The notes beneath the pieces are model-generated. The model worked only from the letters and a program-made list of their open reading frames with translations, did not search any database and was not told the origin of the DNA. This document shows, piece by piece, positions 42,020-51,663 of a stretch of DNA of 64,000 nt. Source of the DNA: Propionibacteriaceae bacterium (GTDB lineage Bacteria > Actinomycetota > Actinomycetes > Propionibacteriales > Propionibacteriaceae); contig WREX01000001.1 of the NCBI GenBank assembly GCA_009779115.1, forward strand, positions 10,878 through 74,877. The letters run 5' to 3'. Made by a program: the position numbers and the translations under genes. Each line of letters opens with the position of its first letter. The stretch's first letter is position 1.

Positions 42020-42990
42020 CCTTCGCCTTCATCCAGCGTGCTCTCCTGGCCTCCGCCCTGGTCGGGTTGTCGGCACCCACCATCGGGACGTACATCGTCC
42101 AACGCCGATTGTCCCTGCTGGGGGATGGCTTAGGACACGTCGCCATCGCCGGTGTCGGCTTGGCCCTCATGACAGGCACGGCTCCCCTGCCGTGGGCGGT
42201 GGCCATCTGTATGGTGGGAGCGATCCTGATCGAAGCCCTGCGCCAATCCGGGCGGGCCACCGGGGATGTCGGCCTGGCCGTCCTTTTCTATGGCGGCCTG
42301 GCGGCAGGGGTCCTGATGGCCTCCGTGGCCGGTCAGGGCGCAGGAGGTTTGTCCAGCTACCTGTTCGGTTCACTCAACACGATTTCACCCTCGGACCTGT
42401 GGGTTGTGGGCGGGTTGACGATCCTGATCCTGGTGGTTGCCCTGGGCCTGTCCCCGCAGTTGTTCGCCCTCAGCGCCGACGAGGACTTCGCCAAGACTCT
42501 GGGCTTGCCAGTACGGGTGTACAACTACGTCATCGTCGTTCTCGCGGCCATCACCGTGACCACGGCCATGAGAACAGTGGGACTGTTGCTGGTGAGCGCG
42601 CTGATGGTCATCCCGGTCGCCGCCGCGCAGAACATCTTCCGTGGTTTCTGGCGCGGCATGTGGGGGGCGATGGGCATCGGCCTGATCGCTTCTCTCGGCG
42701 GATACCTCGCGTCCATCTACGCCAATCTGGCCCCCGGCGCCATGATCGTGTTGATCACCATCGCCTTCTTCATCGTCTCCTGGCCGCTGGCCGGCCTGCT
42801 GCACCGCCACTGGCACCGCAACCAGGATGCCACCGATCCCCTGCCCGCCGTCCACGAACCGGTCGCGGAACACGTCCATGTCCACGGCCCGGGCTGCGGA
42901 CACGACATGGTCCGCCACGGCGACCACATCGATTACATCCACTCCGGCGAACTGCACTCCCCCCATCAGGACCACTATGACCAGCACTGA
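42007..42990 (+). CDS. znuB: metal ABC transporter permease with His-rich C-terminal tail
   Basis: Starts at ATG 42007 (MDLLAFAFIQRALLAS). Polytopic, ABC-3 family-like. The last 60 aa or so carry about 14 His residues (HRHWHRN...HVHVHGPGCGHDMVRHGDHIDYIHSGELHSPHQDHYDQH). Confidence 0.85.
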   Translation: MDLLAFAFIQRALLASALVGLSAPTIGTYIVQRRLSLLGDGLGHVAIAGVGLALMTGTAPLPWAVAICMVGAILIEALRQSGRATGDVGLAVLFYGGLAAGVLMASVAGQGAGGLSSYLFGSLNTISPSDLWVVGGLTILILVVALGLSPQLFALSADEDFAKTLGLPVRVYNYVIVVLAAITVTTAMRTVGLLLVSALMVIPVAAAQNIFRGFWRGMWGAMGIGLIASLGGYLASIYANLAPGAMIVLITIAFFIVSWPLAGLLHRHWHRNQDATDPLPAVHEPVAEHVHVHGPGCGHDMVRHGDHIDYIHSGELHSPHQDHYDQH

Positions 42991-43459
42991 CCCGCCCCTG
43001 GCCAAGACCCCGACTGATGACCGGGAAGACACCGGCCTCACCAAGGCTGCCGCTGATCAGCCCCGCCGTACTCGCCAAAGAACGCTGATCTGGGACTACC
43101 TGTGCACCCGATCCGAATTCCTCACCGCCCAACAGATTCACGACCATTTGCGGACCAGAGGAACACCGGTGAGCCTGCCCACGGTCTACCGAACCCTGAC
43201 CGCCATGGCCGAAACCGGTGATCTCGACGTCCTCACCACCGACGGACAATCCGCCTACCGGCGCTGCTCCTCCCATCATCACCACCACCTCGTCTGCCGT
43301 GACTGCGGCCAGACGATCGAAGTGACCGGCACCGTGGTCGAACAGTGGGCCGAATCCGTCGCCCACCAGTACGGATTCGCGGAGATCACCCACATCACCG
43401 AATTCTCCGGGATCTGCCCAGACTGCCAGGAGTCACACCCCCACATCACCGATCTGTGA
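42977..43459 (+). CDS. zur: Fur-family zinc uptake regulator
   Basis: ATG 42977 overlaps the znuB end by 14 nt. Winged-helix region: LTAQQIHDHLRTRGTPVSLPTVYRTL. Metal sites: HHHHHLVCRDCG and CPDC. Confidence 0.85.
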   Translation: MTSTDPPLAKTPTDDREDTGLTKAAADQPRRTRQRTLIWDYLCTRSEFLTAQQIHDHLRTRGTPVSLPTVYRTLTAMAETGDLDVLTTDGQSAYRRCSSHHHHHLVCRDCGQTIEVTGTVVEQWAESVAHQYGFAEITHITEFSGICPDCQESHPHITDL

Positions 43460-43550
43460 GAGCGATATCTCAACGACCGCGAACATGTAAAGTGTGCAGT
43501 ATTCACCCGTCATGATTCATGGCGTGTCGGAACCGGAAAGGGACGTCATC

Positions 43551-44720
43551 ATGGATGCTCCGCTAGACAGGTTAGGCAATAAGCGTTTCGTACTCCCCAT
43601 CGTTGGCATCATCGGTGTGTTCTGCGTCTTGGCCCTGGTCTTGTACCCCATGCTGCACGCGGCGCCGAAGGACGTGCCCTTCGCCATCGTGAACCTGGAT
43701 GAGGGGGTGCCGACTCGCGAGGGCATGTCCGGTGTTGGCGACTCAGTGGTGTCGGCCATGACATCCACGCCGTCCCCGATCGCGTGGACCCAGGTGGACG
43801 ACCAGGCTGCCCTTGACCAGGCAATGGACAATAATGACTACTACGGTGCGATCATCCTCCCAGCCACCTTGACCCAGGATCAGCTCGCCGCGTCCAGTGG
43901 TGGCGCCCCGGCACCCCACATCCAGCTGATCATCAACCAGGGCAAGAATGCCACCCTGGCATCGGCTATGCAGTCCAGCCTGACTGCGGCTCTCCAGCAG
44001 AAGGGGCTGACCGTCGACGTCACGGTCATCCATGCTGTAGACATCGGCGGCGGGGCCCTGGGTTCGCTGCTTCTGATCCTCCCTGCGTTGATCATGATGC
44101 CGGTGGTCTCCATCATGATCTTCTTCATCCTGCGCCCGCCTAGAGGGGCTCCACGCCAAGTACGTGCCATCACCTACATCAAGCAACTAGTCTCGACCGT
44201 TGTCATGTCGGCCCTGGTGGCCGGGGCGGTGATCCTCATGGCAACGTGGGTCGGCAGTCTGACCATCTCCGCCGGCACGCTCTTCCTCTTCCTCTGGTTG
44301 GCCGCTTTCTGCGTCATGACCTTGTTCCTGGGCGCCTTGGACATCGCGGCACCGCTGGGCGGATTGGTGATCTTCGTCATCTTCGCCTGCGGTCTGTCCT
44401 CAGCCGTCCTCGCCCCCGAGATGCTGCCCTCGTTCTGGCGGACCTGGTTCTACCCTTGGGTACCCCAGCACTTCATCGGCGGCGGCGTCTCCTCGATCGT
44501 CTCCATGGGCGACGGCATGTGGAATGGTTCCAGCGGTCCGCTGGCGATCACCGCCGGTGTCGGGATCGTCCTCATGCTCGTGGCGGTCGCGATCGGTTCT
44601 AGAGGACGCAAACCCCAGCTGACTCCCCCGCCCGACGAGAAACCCGATGCTTCCGACACCAGCGATGCGCCAAACCAGGCGGAAAAGCCCGACCAGGATC
44701 CAGAAACCACCAACAAGTAA
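43551..44720 (+). CDS. YhgE/Pip-like (ABC-2-type) polytopic membrane protein
   Basis: An N-terminal TM helix, then a roughly 150-aa extracytoplasmic loop beginning VPFAIVNLDEG, then 5 C-terminal TM helices. The start may be 43494 or 43551. Confidence 0.5.
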   Translation: MDAPLDRLGNKRFVLPIVGIIGVFCVLALVLYPMLHAAPKDVPFAIVNLDEGVPTREGMSGVGDSVVSAMTSTPSPIAWTQVDDQAALDQAMDNNDYYGAIILPATLTQDQLAASSGGAPAPHIQLIINQGKNATLASAMQSSLTAALQQKGLTVDVTVIHAVDIGGGALGSLLLILPALIMMPVVSIMIFFILRPPRGAPRQVRAITYIKQLVSTVVMSALVAGAVILMATWVGSLTISAGTLFLFLWLAAFCVMTLFLGALDIAAPLGGLVIFVIFACGLSSAVLAPEMLPSFWRTWFYPWVPQHFIGGGVSSIVSMGDGMWNGSSGPLAITAGVGIVLMLVAVAIGSRGRKPQLTPPPDEKPDASDTSDAPNQAEKPDQDPETTNK

Positions 44721-44729
44721 CCGGACCTG

Positions 44730-45554
44730 TTACCGCCCGGTCAGCCACCCTCGGGGGGCCCAGCCTGAGGGCATCAATTCCCCAATGTGTTCGGGCAGGA
44801 ATTCGGCCATCCGATCCGGTGTGTACGGCCCCATGTGACGAGTCGACACGTACGCCTGCATCCCCGCCGCCAGCAGTCCAGCCATCTCCGCTCCCACACC
44901 CTGGGCAAGCAGGGTTCCCGCCATCCCGGCGAGGACATCGCCGGAACCCGCGCGGGCCGTCCACGATGTTCCCTCCTGGGGCTGGGTCACTTTGCCGGCG
45001 GGCGTCGCCACGTACTGGATGTGTCCCTTGAGCAACACGGTGGTCTGGAATTGCCGGGCAGCCTGAAGCGCGTGCTCGACGGGTTCAGCCTCGACGCCAG
45101 ACCGCTCCACGTCGAGCAGACGTGCCAACTCCCCCGCGTGCGGCGTCAGGAGTGATCCGGTCGGACAACCATCCTTGGCGAATTCCAAGGCTCCGGCATC
45201 GACAACGACCGGCACGTCATCCTTGGTCACTTGGGCCCATCGCTGCTGATTCCCGGCCAGATCCTGCTCATCCCAGCCGCTGCCTGCCACCCAGGCGCCG
45301 ACCCGTCCAGCCCCGAAAGTCACGCTGGGAACACGGGTCAGAATCGCCGCATGGGCAGCGTCTGCCCCGCAATAGCGCACGAAACCCGCGCCAGAGTTCA
45401 CGGCCCCCAAGACTGTCAGCAGGCCGGCCCCCGGGAAGCGCTGGGAGCCTGTCATGAGTCCCACCACACCACGGGCGTACTTGTCGGCGTCACGTTCGAA
45501 TCGGGGCCAACTCCCGGCCAGTCCCACGAAGCTGAAGAGTGATATCGGGGCCAT
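44730..45554 (-). CDS. nnrD: ADP-dependent NAD(P)H-hydrate dehydratase (YjeF C-terminal family)
   Basis: DKYARGVVGLMTGS, VVDAGAL, LTPHAGELARL and GSGDVLAGM are ribokinase-like YjeF_C motifs. Confidence 0.85.
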   Translation of the reverse strand: MAPISLFSFVGLAGSWPRFERDADKYARGVVGLMTGSQRFPGAGLLTVLGAVNSGAGFVRYCGADAAHAAILTRVPSVTFGAGRVGAWVAGSGWDEQDLAGNQQRWAQVTKDDVPVVVDAGALEFAKDGCPTGSLLTPHAGELARLLDVERSGVEAEPVEHALQAARQFQTTVLLKGHIQYVATPAGKVTQPQEGTSWTARAGSGDVLAGMAGTLLAQGVGAEMAGLLAAGMQAYVSTRHMGPYTPDRMAEFLPEHIGELMPSGWAPRGWLTGR

Positions 45555-45563
45555 CGCGCGCGC

Positions 45564-47408
45564 TCACTCCACGGTCACAGATTTGGCCAGGTTCCTGGGT
45601 TGGTCGACGTCGTACCCCTTGAGGGTGGCGATTTCACAGGAGAAGACCTGCAGGGGCAGGACGGCCAGGACCGGTTGGAACAAGGTGGGAACCACCGGCA
45701 ATGGGAGGAAGGTGTCGGCGAACTCTTCCGCCAGGTCATCTCCCCGCTCGGCCAGCACGATGGTCCGGGCGCCGCGCGCTCGTACTTCTTGGATATTGGA
45801 CACCATTTTGTCGTGGAGTTGGTCCCGGCCCTGGGGAGGGACGACGACGAACACCGGAAGCCCTTCCTCAATGAGGGCGATCGGGCCATGCTTGAGTTCT
45901 CCGGCTGCGAAACCCTCGGCGTGCAGGTAGGAGATCTCCTTCAGTTTCAGCGCCCCTTCCAAGGCCACCGGGAAGCCGACATGGCGGCCGAGGAACAAGA
46001 CAGTATGTTCCGACAGCATGTCGCGGGCCAGGGCCAGCGTCGCCTCCAGGTCGTGCAGGACCTCGTCCATCTTCGCTGGAAGGGCTTCCAATTCGCGTAC
46101 CTGGGCGACGATCTCATCGCCGAACTTGGTCCCCTTGACTTGGGCCAGGTACAAACCCAGCAGGTAGCAGGCGATGAGTTGGGTCGTGAACCCCTTGGTC
46201 GAAGCCACACCGATTTCGGGCCCCGCGTGGGTGTAGATCACGGCGTCGGACTCGCGCGGAATGGTGGCGCCGTTGGTGTTGCAGATACTGACCACCTTGG
46301 CGTGCTGTTCACGGGCGTGGCGGATCGCCATCAAGGTGTCGGCGGTCTCTCCCGACTGGGAGATCGTCACCACCATCGTGGTCCGCGTGATGATCGGGTC
46401 GCGGTAGCGGAACTCGGATGCGATCTCGACTTCCACGGGAATGCGTGTCCAGTGCTCAATGGCGTACTTGGCGATCAATCCGGCATGATAGGCGGTCCCA
46501 CAAGCGACGACGATGATCTTGTCGACGCTGCGCAACTGGGCGGTGTCGATGCGCATCTCGTCCAGGGTCAACTGCCCATCGGCGTTGATCCGTCCGAGCA
46601 GAGTGTCCGCGACAGCTTTGGGTTGCTCGAAGATCTCTTTGCGCATGAACCAGTCGTAGCCCCCTTTTTCGGCGGCGGAGAGATCCCAGTCGATATGGTA
46701 CGGCCGGGTGACGGCGGGCGTGCCGTCGAAACTGGTCACGGTGACACTGCTCGGCGTCAGTTCGACGATCTGATCCTGGCCCAACTCGATGGCCTCACGG
46801 GTGTACTCGATGAAACTGGCCACATCGGAGGCGAGGAAGTTCTCACCCTGCCCCACGCCGACCACCAGGGGCGAACTGCGCCGGGCCGCGACCACCGTGT
46901 CAGGGCTGTCGGTGTCGACGGCCACCAGCGTAAAGGCCCCTTCGAGCCGCCCCACCGTGGCCCGCATGGCGTCCAGCAGCGACTGGCCCGAGGCCACTTC
47001 GCGCTCCAGCAGGACAGCGACCACTTCGGTGTCGGTGTCCGAGGTGAAGGTGGCGGCTTGCTTGGCTAATTCAGCCTTCAGGGTGGCGAAGTTCTCGATG
47101 ATCCCGTTGTGGACCAGGGCCACCCGACCGGTTTGGCCGAGGTGCGGATGGGCGTTCTGATCGGTCGGGCCGCCGTGCGTCGCCCAGCGAGTGTGCCCGA
47201 TGCCCTGATGAGAACTGGCCATGGGATGAGCCTGGAGTTCCTTCTCCAAGTTGACCAATTTGCCAGACTTCTTGCGTACGTCAATCCCTTGGCTAGTCAC
47301 CAGGGCGATCCCCGCCGAGTCGTACCCCCGATATTCCATCCGTTTCAAGCCTGAGATGATGACCGTCTGGGCGTCACGTTCCCCGACGTATCCGATGATT
47401 CCACACAT
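45564..47408 (-). CDS. glmS: glutamine--fructose-6-phosphate aminotransferase (isomerising)
   Basis: Start MCGIIGYVG at 47408 (N-terminal nucleophile Cys). Two SIS domains. The C-terminus reads PRNLAKSVTVE. Confidence 0.97.
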   Translation of the reverse strand: MCGIIGYVGERDAQTVIISGLKRMEYRGYDSAGIALVTSQGIDVRKKSGKLVNLEKELQAHPMASSHQGIGHTRWATHGGPTDQNAHPHLGQTGRVALVHNGIIENFATLKAELAKQAATFTSDTDTEVVAVLLEREVASGQSLLDAMRATVGRLEGAFTLVAVDTDSPDTVVAARRSSPLVVGVGQGENFLASDVASFIEYTREAIELGQDQIVELTPSSVTVTSFDGTPAVTRPYHIDWDLSAAEKGGYDWFMRKEIFEQPKAVADTLLGRINADGQLTLDEMRIDTAQLRSVDKIIVVACGTAYHAGLIAKYAIEHWTRIPVEVEIASEFRYRDPIITRTTMVVTISQSGETADTLMAIRHAREQHAKVVSICNTNGATIPRESDAVIYTHAGPEIGVASTKGFTTQLIACYLLGLYLAQVKGTKFGDEIVAQVRELEALPAKMDEVLHDLEATLALARDMLSEHTVLFLGRHVGFPVALEGALKLKEISYLHAEGFAAGELKHGPIALIEEGLPVFVVVPPQGRDQLHDKMVSNIQEVRARGARTIVLAERGDDLAEEFADTFLPLPVVPTLFQPVLAVLPLQVFSCEIATLKGYDVDQPRNLAKSVTVE

Positions 47409-47550
47409 AAACATCACTGTACCCGAGGATCCCGGTGTCACTGGGGATGGCACGACGCCACAAGACATGTGACTGGGATCCAGGTTCGTCGCCACCCGCG
47501 TCACGCGTCACCAGAGCAGGCCATCGGGCTCCAATGTGACAGAATGAGGC

Positions 47551-48507
47551 GTGAGGACTGCCATGTTGGACACGAAATCTGCACCCACCGGAGCCTACTT
47601 GACCCTGACGCGGGACCACTGGGCGAATCTGGCACGCGAGCGCAACCTGAGCCTGACAGCCCAGACTCTGGCCGGACTGTTGGCCATCGGAGATCCTTTG
47701 AATATCGATGGTGTACGGCAGGTCTACCTCCCGCTGACCGAACTCATCAATGTCTATATAGACAATACGTCTTCACTATCCGCCCAGTCGAACGCCTATC
47801 TTGCTCTGGACGAACTCCCCACTCCCTTCATCATTGGCATCGGTGGTTCGGTGGCTGTCGGCAAGTCCACCACGGCCCGCCTGCTCCGCGAATTGCTGAG
47901 CGTCAACCGGCGCGTCGATCTGGTGACCACAGACGGTTTCCTCTACCCCAACTCGGTTCTGGAGGCCAAAGGCCTGATGGAGCACAAGGGGTTCCCGGAG
48001 TCCTATGACCAAGCCGCGTTGACCCAATTCGTCATCGACGTGAAATCCGGGAAGCCCGAAGTGGAGTCGCCGGTGTACTCCCACATCATCTACGACATCG
48101 TCCCCGACCAGACAGTGACCGTACGCCACCCCGATGTCTTGATCATCGAGGGCCTCAACGTCCTGCAGCCTCCCCGCACCCGCATCAGCGGCGAGATGGG
48201 CCCTGCGGTGTCGGACTTCTTCGACTTCTCCGTCTACGTCGACGCCCCCGAACAAGCCATCAAACAATGGTTCCTCGACCGCTTCAAGAAACTGCGCCTC
48301 ACGGCTTTCACCGACCCACAATCGTACTTCCGCCAATTCGCCCATGTCCGAGACGACGAGGCCCTCGTCCTGGCCAGCGAAATCTGGGACACCACCAACG
48401 GCCCGAACCTGCGCCAGAACATCCAGCCCACCCGCGACCGCGCCACCGTCGTCATCGGCAAAGGACCCGACCACGACATTGAGTGGATTCGGATCCGAAA
48501 AATCTGA
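47551..48507 (+). CDS. coaA: type I pantothenate kinase
   Basis: P-loop IIGIGGSVAVGKSTTAR, plus FPESYD and IIEGLNVLQ blocks. Confidence 0.93.
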   Translation: MRTAMLDTKSAPTGAYLTLTRDHWANLARERNLSLTAQTLAGLLAIGDPLNIDGVRQVYLPLTELINVYIDNTSSLSAQSNAYLALDELPTPFIIGIGGSVAVGKSTTARLLRELLSVNRRVDLVTTDGFLYPNSVLEAKGLMEHKGFPESYDQAALTQFVIDVKSGKPEVESPVYSHIIYDIVPDQTVTVRHPDVLIIEGLNVLQPPRTRISGEMGPAVSDFFDFSVYVDAPEQAIKQWFLDRFKKLRLTAFTDPQSYFRQFAHVRDDEALVLASEIWDTTNGPNLRQNIQPTRDRATVVIGKGPDHDIEWIRIRKI

Positions 48508-48594
48508 CCATCAGGGCCGTACAACCTGCAATGTACACAATGTGAGACGGTCGAAACTGAGATAGCGCTTCATTTCAAGATATAATGTTTATCC

Positions 48595-49359
48595 ATGAAA
48601 AAGTCTCCGACCCACACTCACCGCCACATCCAAACAATCGCCTGGACATCGGCGCTTCTCCTGGCCGCCGTTCTCACGGTTGCGGGATGCTCCTCGACTC
48701 CAACCACTGACACGGGAATCGGCACGTCAAGCCCGGAATCGACACCATCCGGTCACGAATCGGCAACGGCCACACCCAGTCAGGATGCCCTGGTGTCCAC
48801 ACCTGGTCCGTCAGCCGCCACTGCTGATTTCGAGGCTGACTGCCAGACGAAGATTGGGGCCGACGCACATGCCACGGGGACTGTGACGATCGACCACAAG
48901 GCCTGGGGGAAGATAACGATCGTATCCTGCGGTCCGACGGATGTCGTGCCCAGCAGCGCTGAAGGCGTCCTCGCCGTGGACTCGTCCGGAATCGTCACCT
49001 GGAACTCCGGTGTGCCCGCTGACGTCAGCAGCCAACAGTTCTCCCTGGCCCACCCCGCCACGGACGCGAGTGGAAACGTGTTCATCACGTACAACCCGGG
49101 CCGCTACGAAGGAGTCATGATCCTCCACCCGAGTGACACTGGGATCGACATCCTCGCCGGCAGCTACTACGAAAACCACGACCCAGCGGCTACAAGCTCA
49201 TATCCCAATGACTTCTACGACTCACAATTGATCGGTCCGGGCTCCGACGGCCTCTACCAGATCGCCAAGTCTGTCAACAACTGCGATCCCGACTGCGCGA
49301 GTGGACAAACCACCACGCAGGTGTACACCTGGGACCGCCAGTCGTACGTGACGAAGTGA
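48595..49359 (+). CDS. hypothetical lipoprotein
   Basis: Signal peptide with lipobox LTVAGCSS. A Ser/Thr/Pro-rich linker follows. No family recognised. Confidence 0.6.
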   Translation: MKKSPTHTHRHIQTIAWTSALLLAAVLTVAGCSSTPTTDTGIGTSSPESTPSGHESATATPSQDALVSTPGPSAATADFEADCQTKIGADAHATGTVTIDHKAWGKITIVSCGPTDVVPSSAEGVLAVDSSGIVTWNSGVPADVSSQQFSLAHPATDASGNVFITYNPGRYEGVMILHPSDTGIDILAGSYYENHDPAATSSYPNDFYDSQLIGPGSDGLYQIAKSVNNCDPDCASGQTTTQVYTWDRQSYVTK

Positions 49360-49517
49360 TCAACACTCGCACCGTGGTGACGATGCCCTCGTGGGTGTCC
49401 GACATGAGCTCAGGACTGCCCCTGCATAAAGTGCTACCCTAGACTGACTCTGGAACCCTTGCCACCGGTGATCAACGGTGGCCCACGTGTCATCCACAGG
49501 GGAAGAGAGGACCACAG

Positions 49518-51485
49518 ATGGCCAGTACCGATATCACTGCGCCACTGAATCCTTGGCGGCAGCGCCTACACTCGTGGTTCACCGCACACCCGGCAACCTT
49601 GTGGATCACAGTGCCCATCGTCATCTACCTGGTGTTCGTGTGTCTCGGGGTGACACAATCCTCCATCGGCATCGACCTGTTGAGGCAAGACCCTTCAGCA
49701 CCGATGGGTTTCCAGATCGGAGTGGCGCGTCCCATCCGAAGTGACGAATTCCTGACCGGAACCCCGACGGCCCTGGGCATCGCTGAAACCGGGCAAACCA
49801 CTGACCTCAACCCCCTCACCAGTGGCGCCGGGGTGCTTTCTGGCTACCCGACTGATCCGATCTCATCGATCGTTCTGTTCGACCGGTCTCTGCTCCGGCT
49901 GGGAACCATCCTTCCTGTGGCAAGTGTGTTCTCGGCCTATTGGTGGTTGCCCACTCTGCTTCTGACGTTGGCCCTGCCTGCGCTGTTCAGGTTCTTGACT
50001 GGCAATCGTTGGTTGGGACTGTTCGCAGCCGTGCTCATGTTCGCCAATCCGTCCAACGTGTGGTGGAGTTTCTTGCCGACCAACATCCTTGGGTACGCAG
50101 TGGCTGGTTGCTTCTGCCTGGTTGCTGCCACTCAGGCGTGGCGACGGCGGGCATATCTGAGGTCAGTCTTGCTCATGGTCCCCACGTCAGTGCTCTTGGC
50201 ACACACCGTTTTCCAGTATCAGCCGTATGCCATCGTCATGGTTCCCGGAGTCCTGCTGCCCACCGTTGTGGCCTTGTGGGCGAAGACGAAGACTCGCGTG
50301 TCAAGCCTGATCGCTGTCGGAATCGCTGGGATCCTCACGCTCGCCTGGGTCGGTGTCGTCCTCATCCAGGCACATTCTGAGCTTTCAGCGCTCACGGACA
50401 CCGTGTATCCGGGGTCACGACGATCCACCGGGTTCCCGTCATCTCCAGGATCGCTCTTCGGCGCACCGGCGCTGTTCGATCTCGGACATGCCTCAGTGGT
50501 CGGAAGCAATCAGTCCGAAATAACGTCGGGCTACAACATCTTCATTGTTCTCGCCCTGGTGCTCGCCCTGTCGGGGCTGCGCTTCACCAGCAGACGACTC
50601 GCGTGGGCCTGGCGGGCAGGCGTTGGGGTGTGTGGCGTCTGGCTGGCGTGGTGCATGGTGTTCACCGGGAACTGGAGTGCACGGTTGCCGCTGTTCAACC
50701 TCGTACCACCGGCGAGAGCACGACAATCAGTGGGTGAAGTGATCGCGTTCCTGCTGTGCCTGACACTCGCCGCCGCGCCCAAGAAGGGCAAGCCAAGAAT
50801 CGTTTTGATGGGCACCCTCATCGCAGCAGGGATCACCGCCTGGGCTGCTTCCGATCTCAGTGCCGGGATCATCCCATCACTGAGCTTTCGTGACATCGCC
50901 GTGGCCACCGTCGGCGTCGGCGTCGTCAGTGCGCTACTGCTGTGGCGGCCACGACTGTGGGTCGGTTATGGGCTGACAGTCCTCCTCAGCGCTGCGACGG
51001 TGATCACTGTCAACCCGATCCTGTTCGGTTTGGGTGATCTGTACACATCAAGCACCGCTGTGTACTTTCGGGATGCAGGCCTTCAAGCGCGACAAACAGG
51101 CCAGCTGTGGGCAACCGATGACACGGGACTGATCGCAGTGATGGCAGCCTCAGGTGTGCCAACCATCAACAGCCGAATCCTCTCCGGGCCGAACCACGCT
51201 GCCTGGAGCCGTCTGGACCCCAATCCGCAGGACAGCGACCTGTGGAACCGCGGTGGTGGTACTCACATCTGGATTCAGTGGGACGACGCCGCCACTGATG
51301 TCTCACTGTCCAATCCTTCGCCTGACGTCATCATCATCGACTCATCGCCATGCGTTCTGGCTGCCAGGATACCGAACCTTGAGATGATAACATCGCACCA
51401 ACCTCTCGACGCCTCATGCCTCACTCCAGCCGGTTCGGTCGAATGGGGTGGCCAAACCAACTACGTGTATTCGGTCAACCAGTGA
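49518..51485 (+). CDS. large polytopic membrane protein, possible GT-C-type glycosyltransferase or polymerase of the adjacent glycan cluster
   Basis: 655 aa with 12 or more predicted TM segments and a soluble C-terminal domain of about 120 aa. Function is inferred only from topology and neighbourhood. Confidence 0.4.
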   Translation: MASTDITAPLNPWRQRLHSWFTAHPATLWITVPIVIYLVFVCLGVTQSSIGIDLLRQDPSAPMGFQIGVARPIRSDEFLTGTPTALGIAETGQTTDLNPLTSGAGVLSGYPTDPISSIVLFDRSLLRLGTILPVASVFSAYWWLPTLLLTLALPALFRFLTGNRWLGLFAAVLMFANPSNVWWSFLPTNILGYAVAGCFCLVAATQAWRRRAYLRSVLLMVPTSVLLAHTVFQYQPYAIVMVPGVLLPTVVALWAKTKTRVSSLIAVGIAGILTLAWVGVVLIQAHSELSALTDTVYPGSRRSTGFPSSPGSLFGAPALFDLGHASVVGSNQSEITSGYNIFIVLALVLALSGLRFTSRRLAWAWRAGVGVCGVWLAWCMVFTGNWSARLPLFNLVPPARARQSVGEVIAFLLCLTLAAAPKKGKPRIVLMGTLIAAGITAWAASDLSAGIIPSLSFRDIAVATVGVGVVSALLLWRPRLWVGYGLTVLLSAATVITVNPILFGLGDLYTSSTAVYFRDAGLQARQTGQLWATDDTGLIAVMAASGVPTINSRILSGPNHAAWSRLDPNPQDSDLWNRGGGTHIWIQWDDAATDVSLSNPSPDVIIIDSSPCVLAARIPNLEMITSHQPLDASCLTPAGSVEWGGQTNYVYSVNQ

Positions 51486-51663
51486 CAACACGACACCCGT
51501 GACACCAGTCAGTCTGAGATACCACAATCAGCTAGCTGCCTCAACGAATCACACGTAGTTGGTCTGGGTTCCAATGGCCTGGATCACAGCGACCGGCCAG
51601 TCGTACGAAACGACATGACCGAGTTCTGTCCTCGGGGCCACGCACCCGTACTGACAAGCAATG

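Noticed and set aside
41269-42990. 573-aa ORF spanning both znuC and znuB.
   Set aside because: The N-terminal 245 aa are an out-of-frame read-through of znuC with Arg/Pro/Gly-rich nonsense composition. The true permease starts at ATG 42007, overlapping the znuC end.
47409-47550. glmS ribozyme in the glmS 5' region.
   Set aside because: Only 142 nt are available, shared with the divergent coaA promoter. I did not recognise the ribozyme core, and the element is mainly known from Firmicutes. An Rfam RF00234 scan would confirm this.
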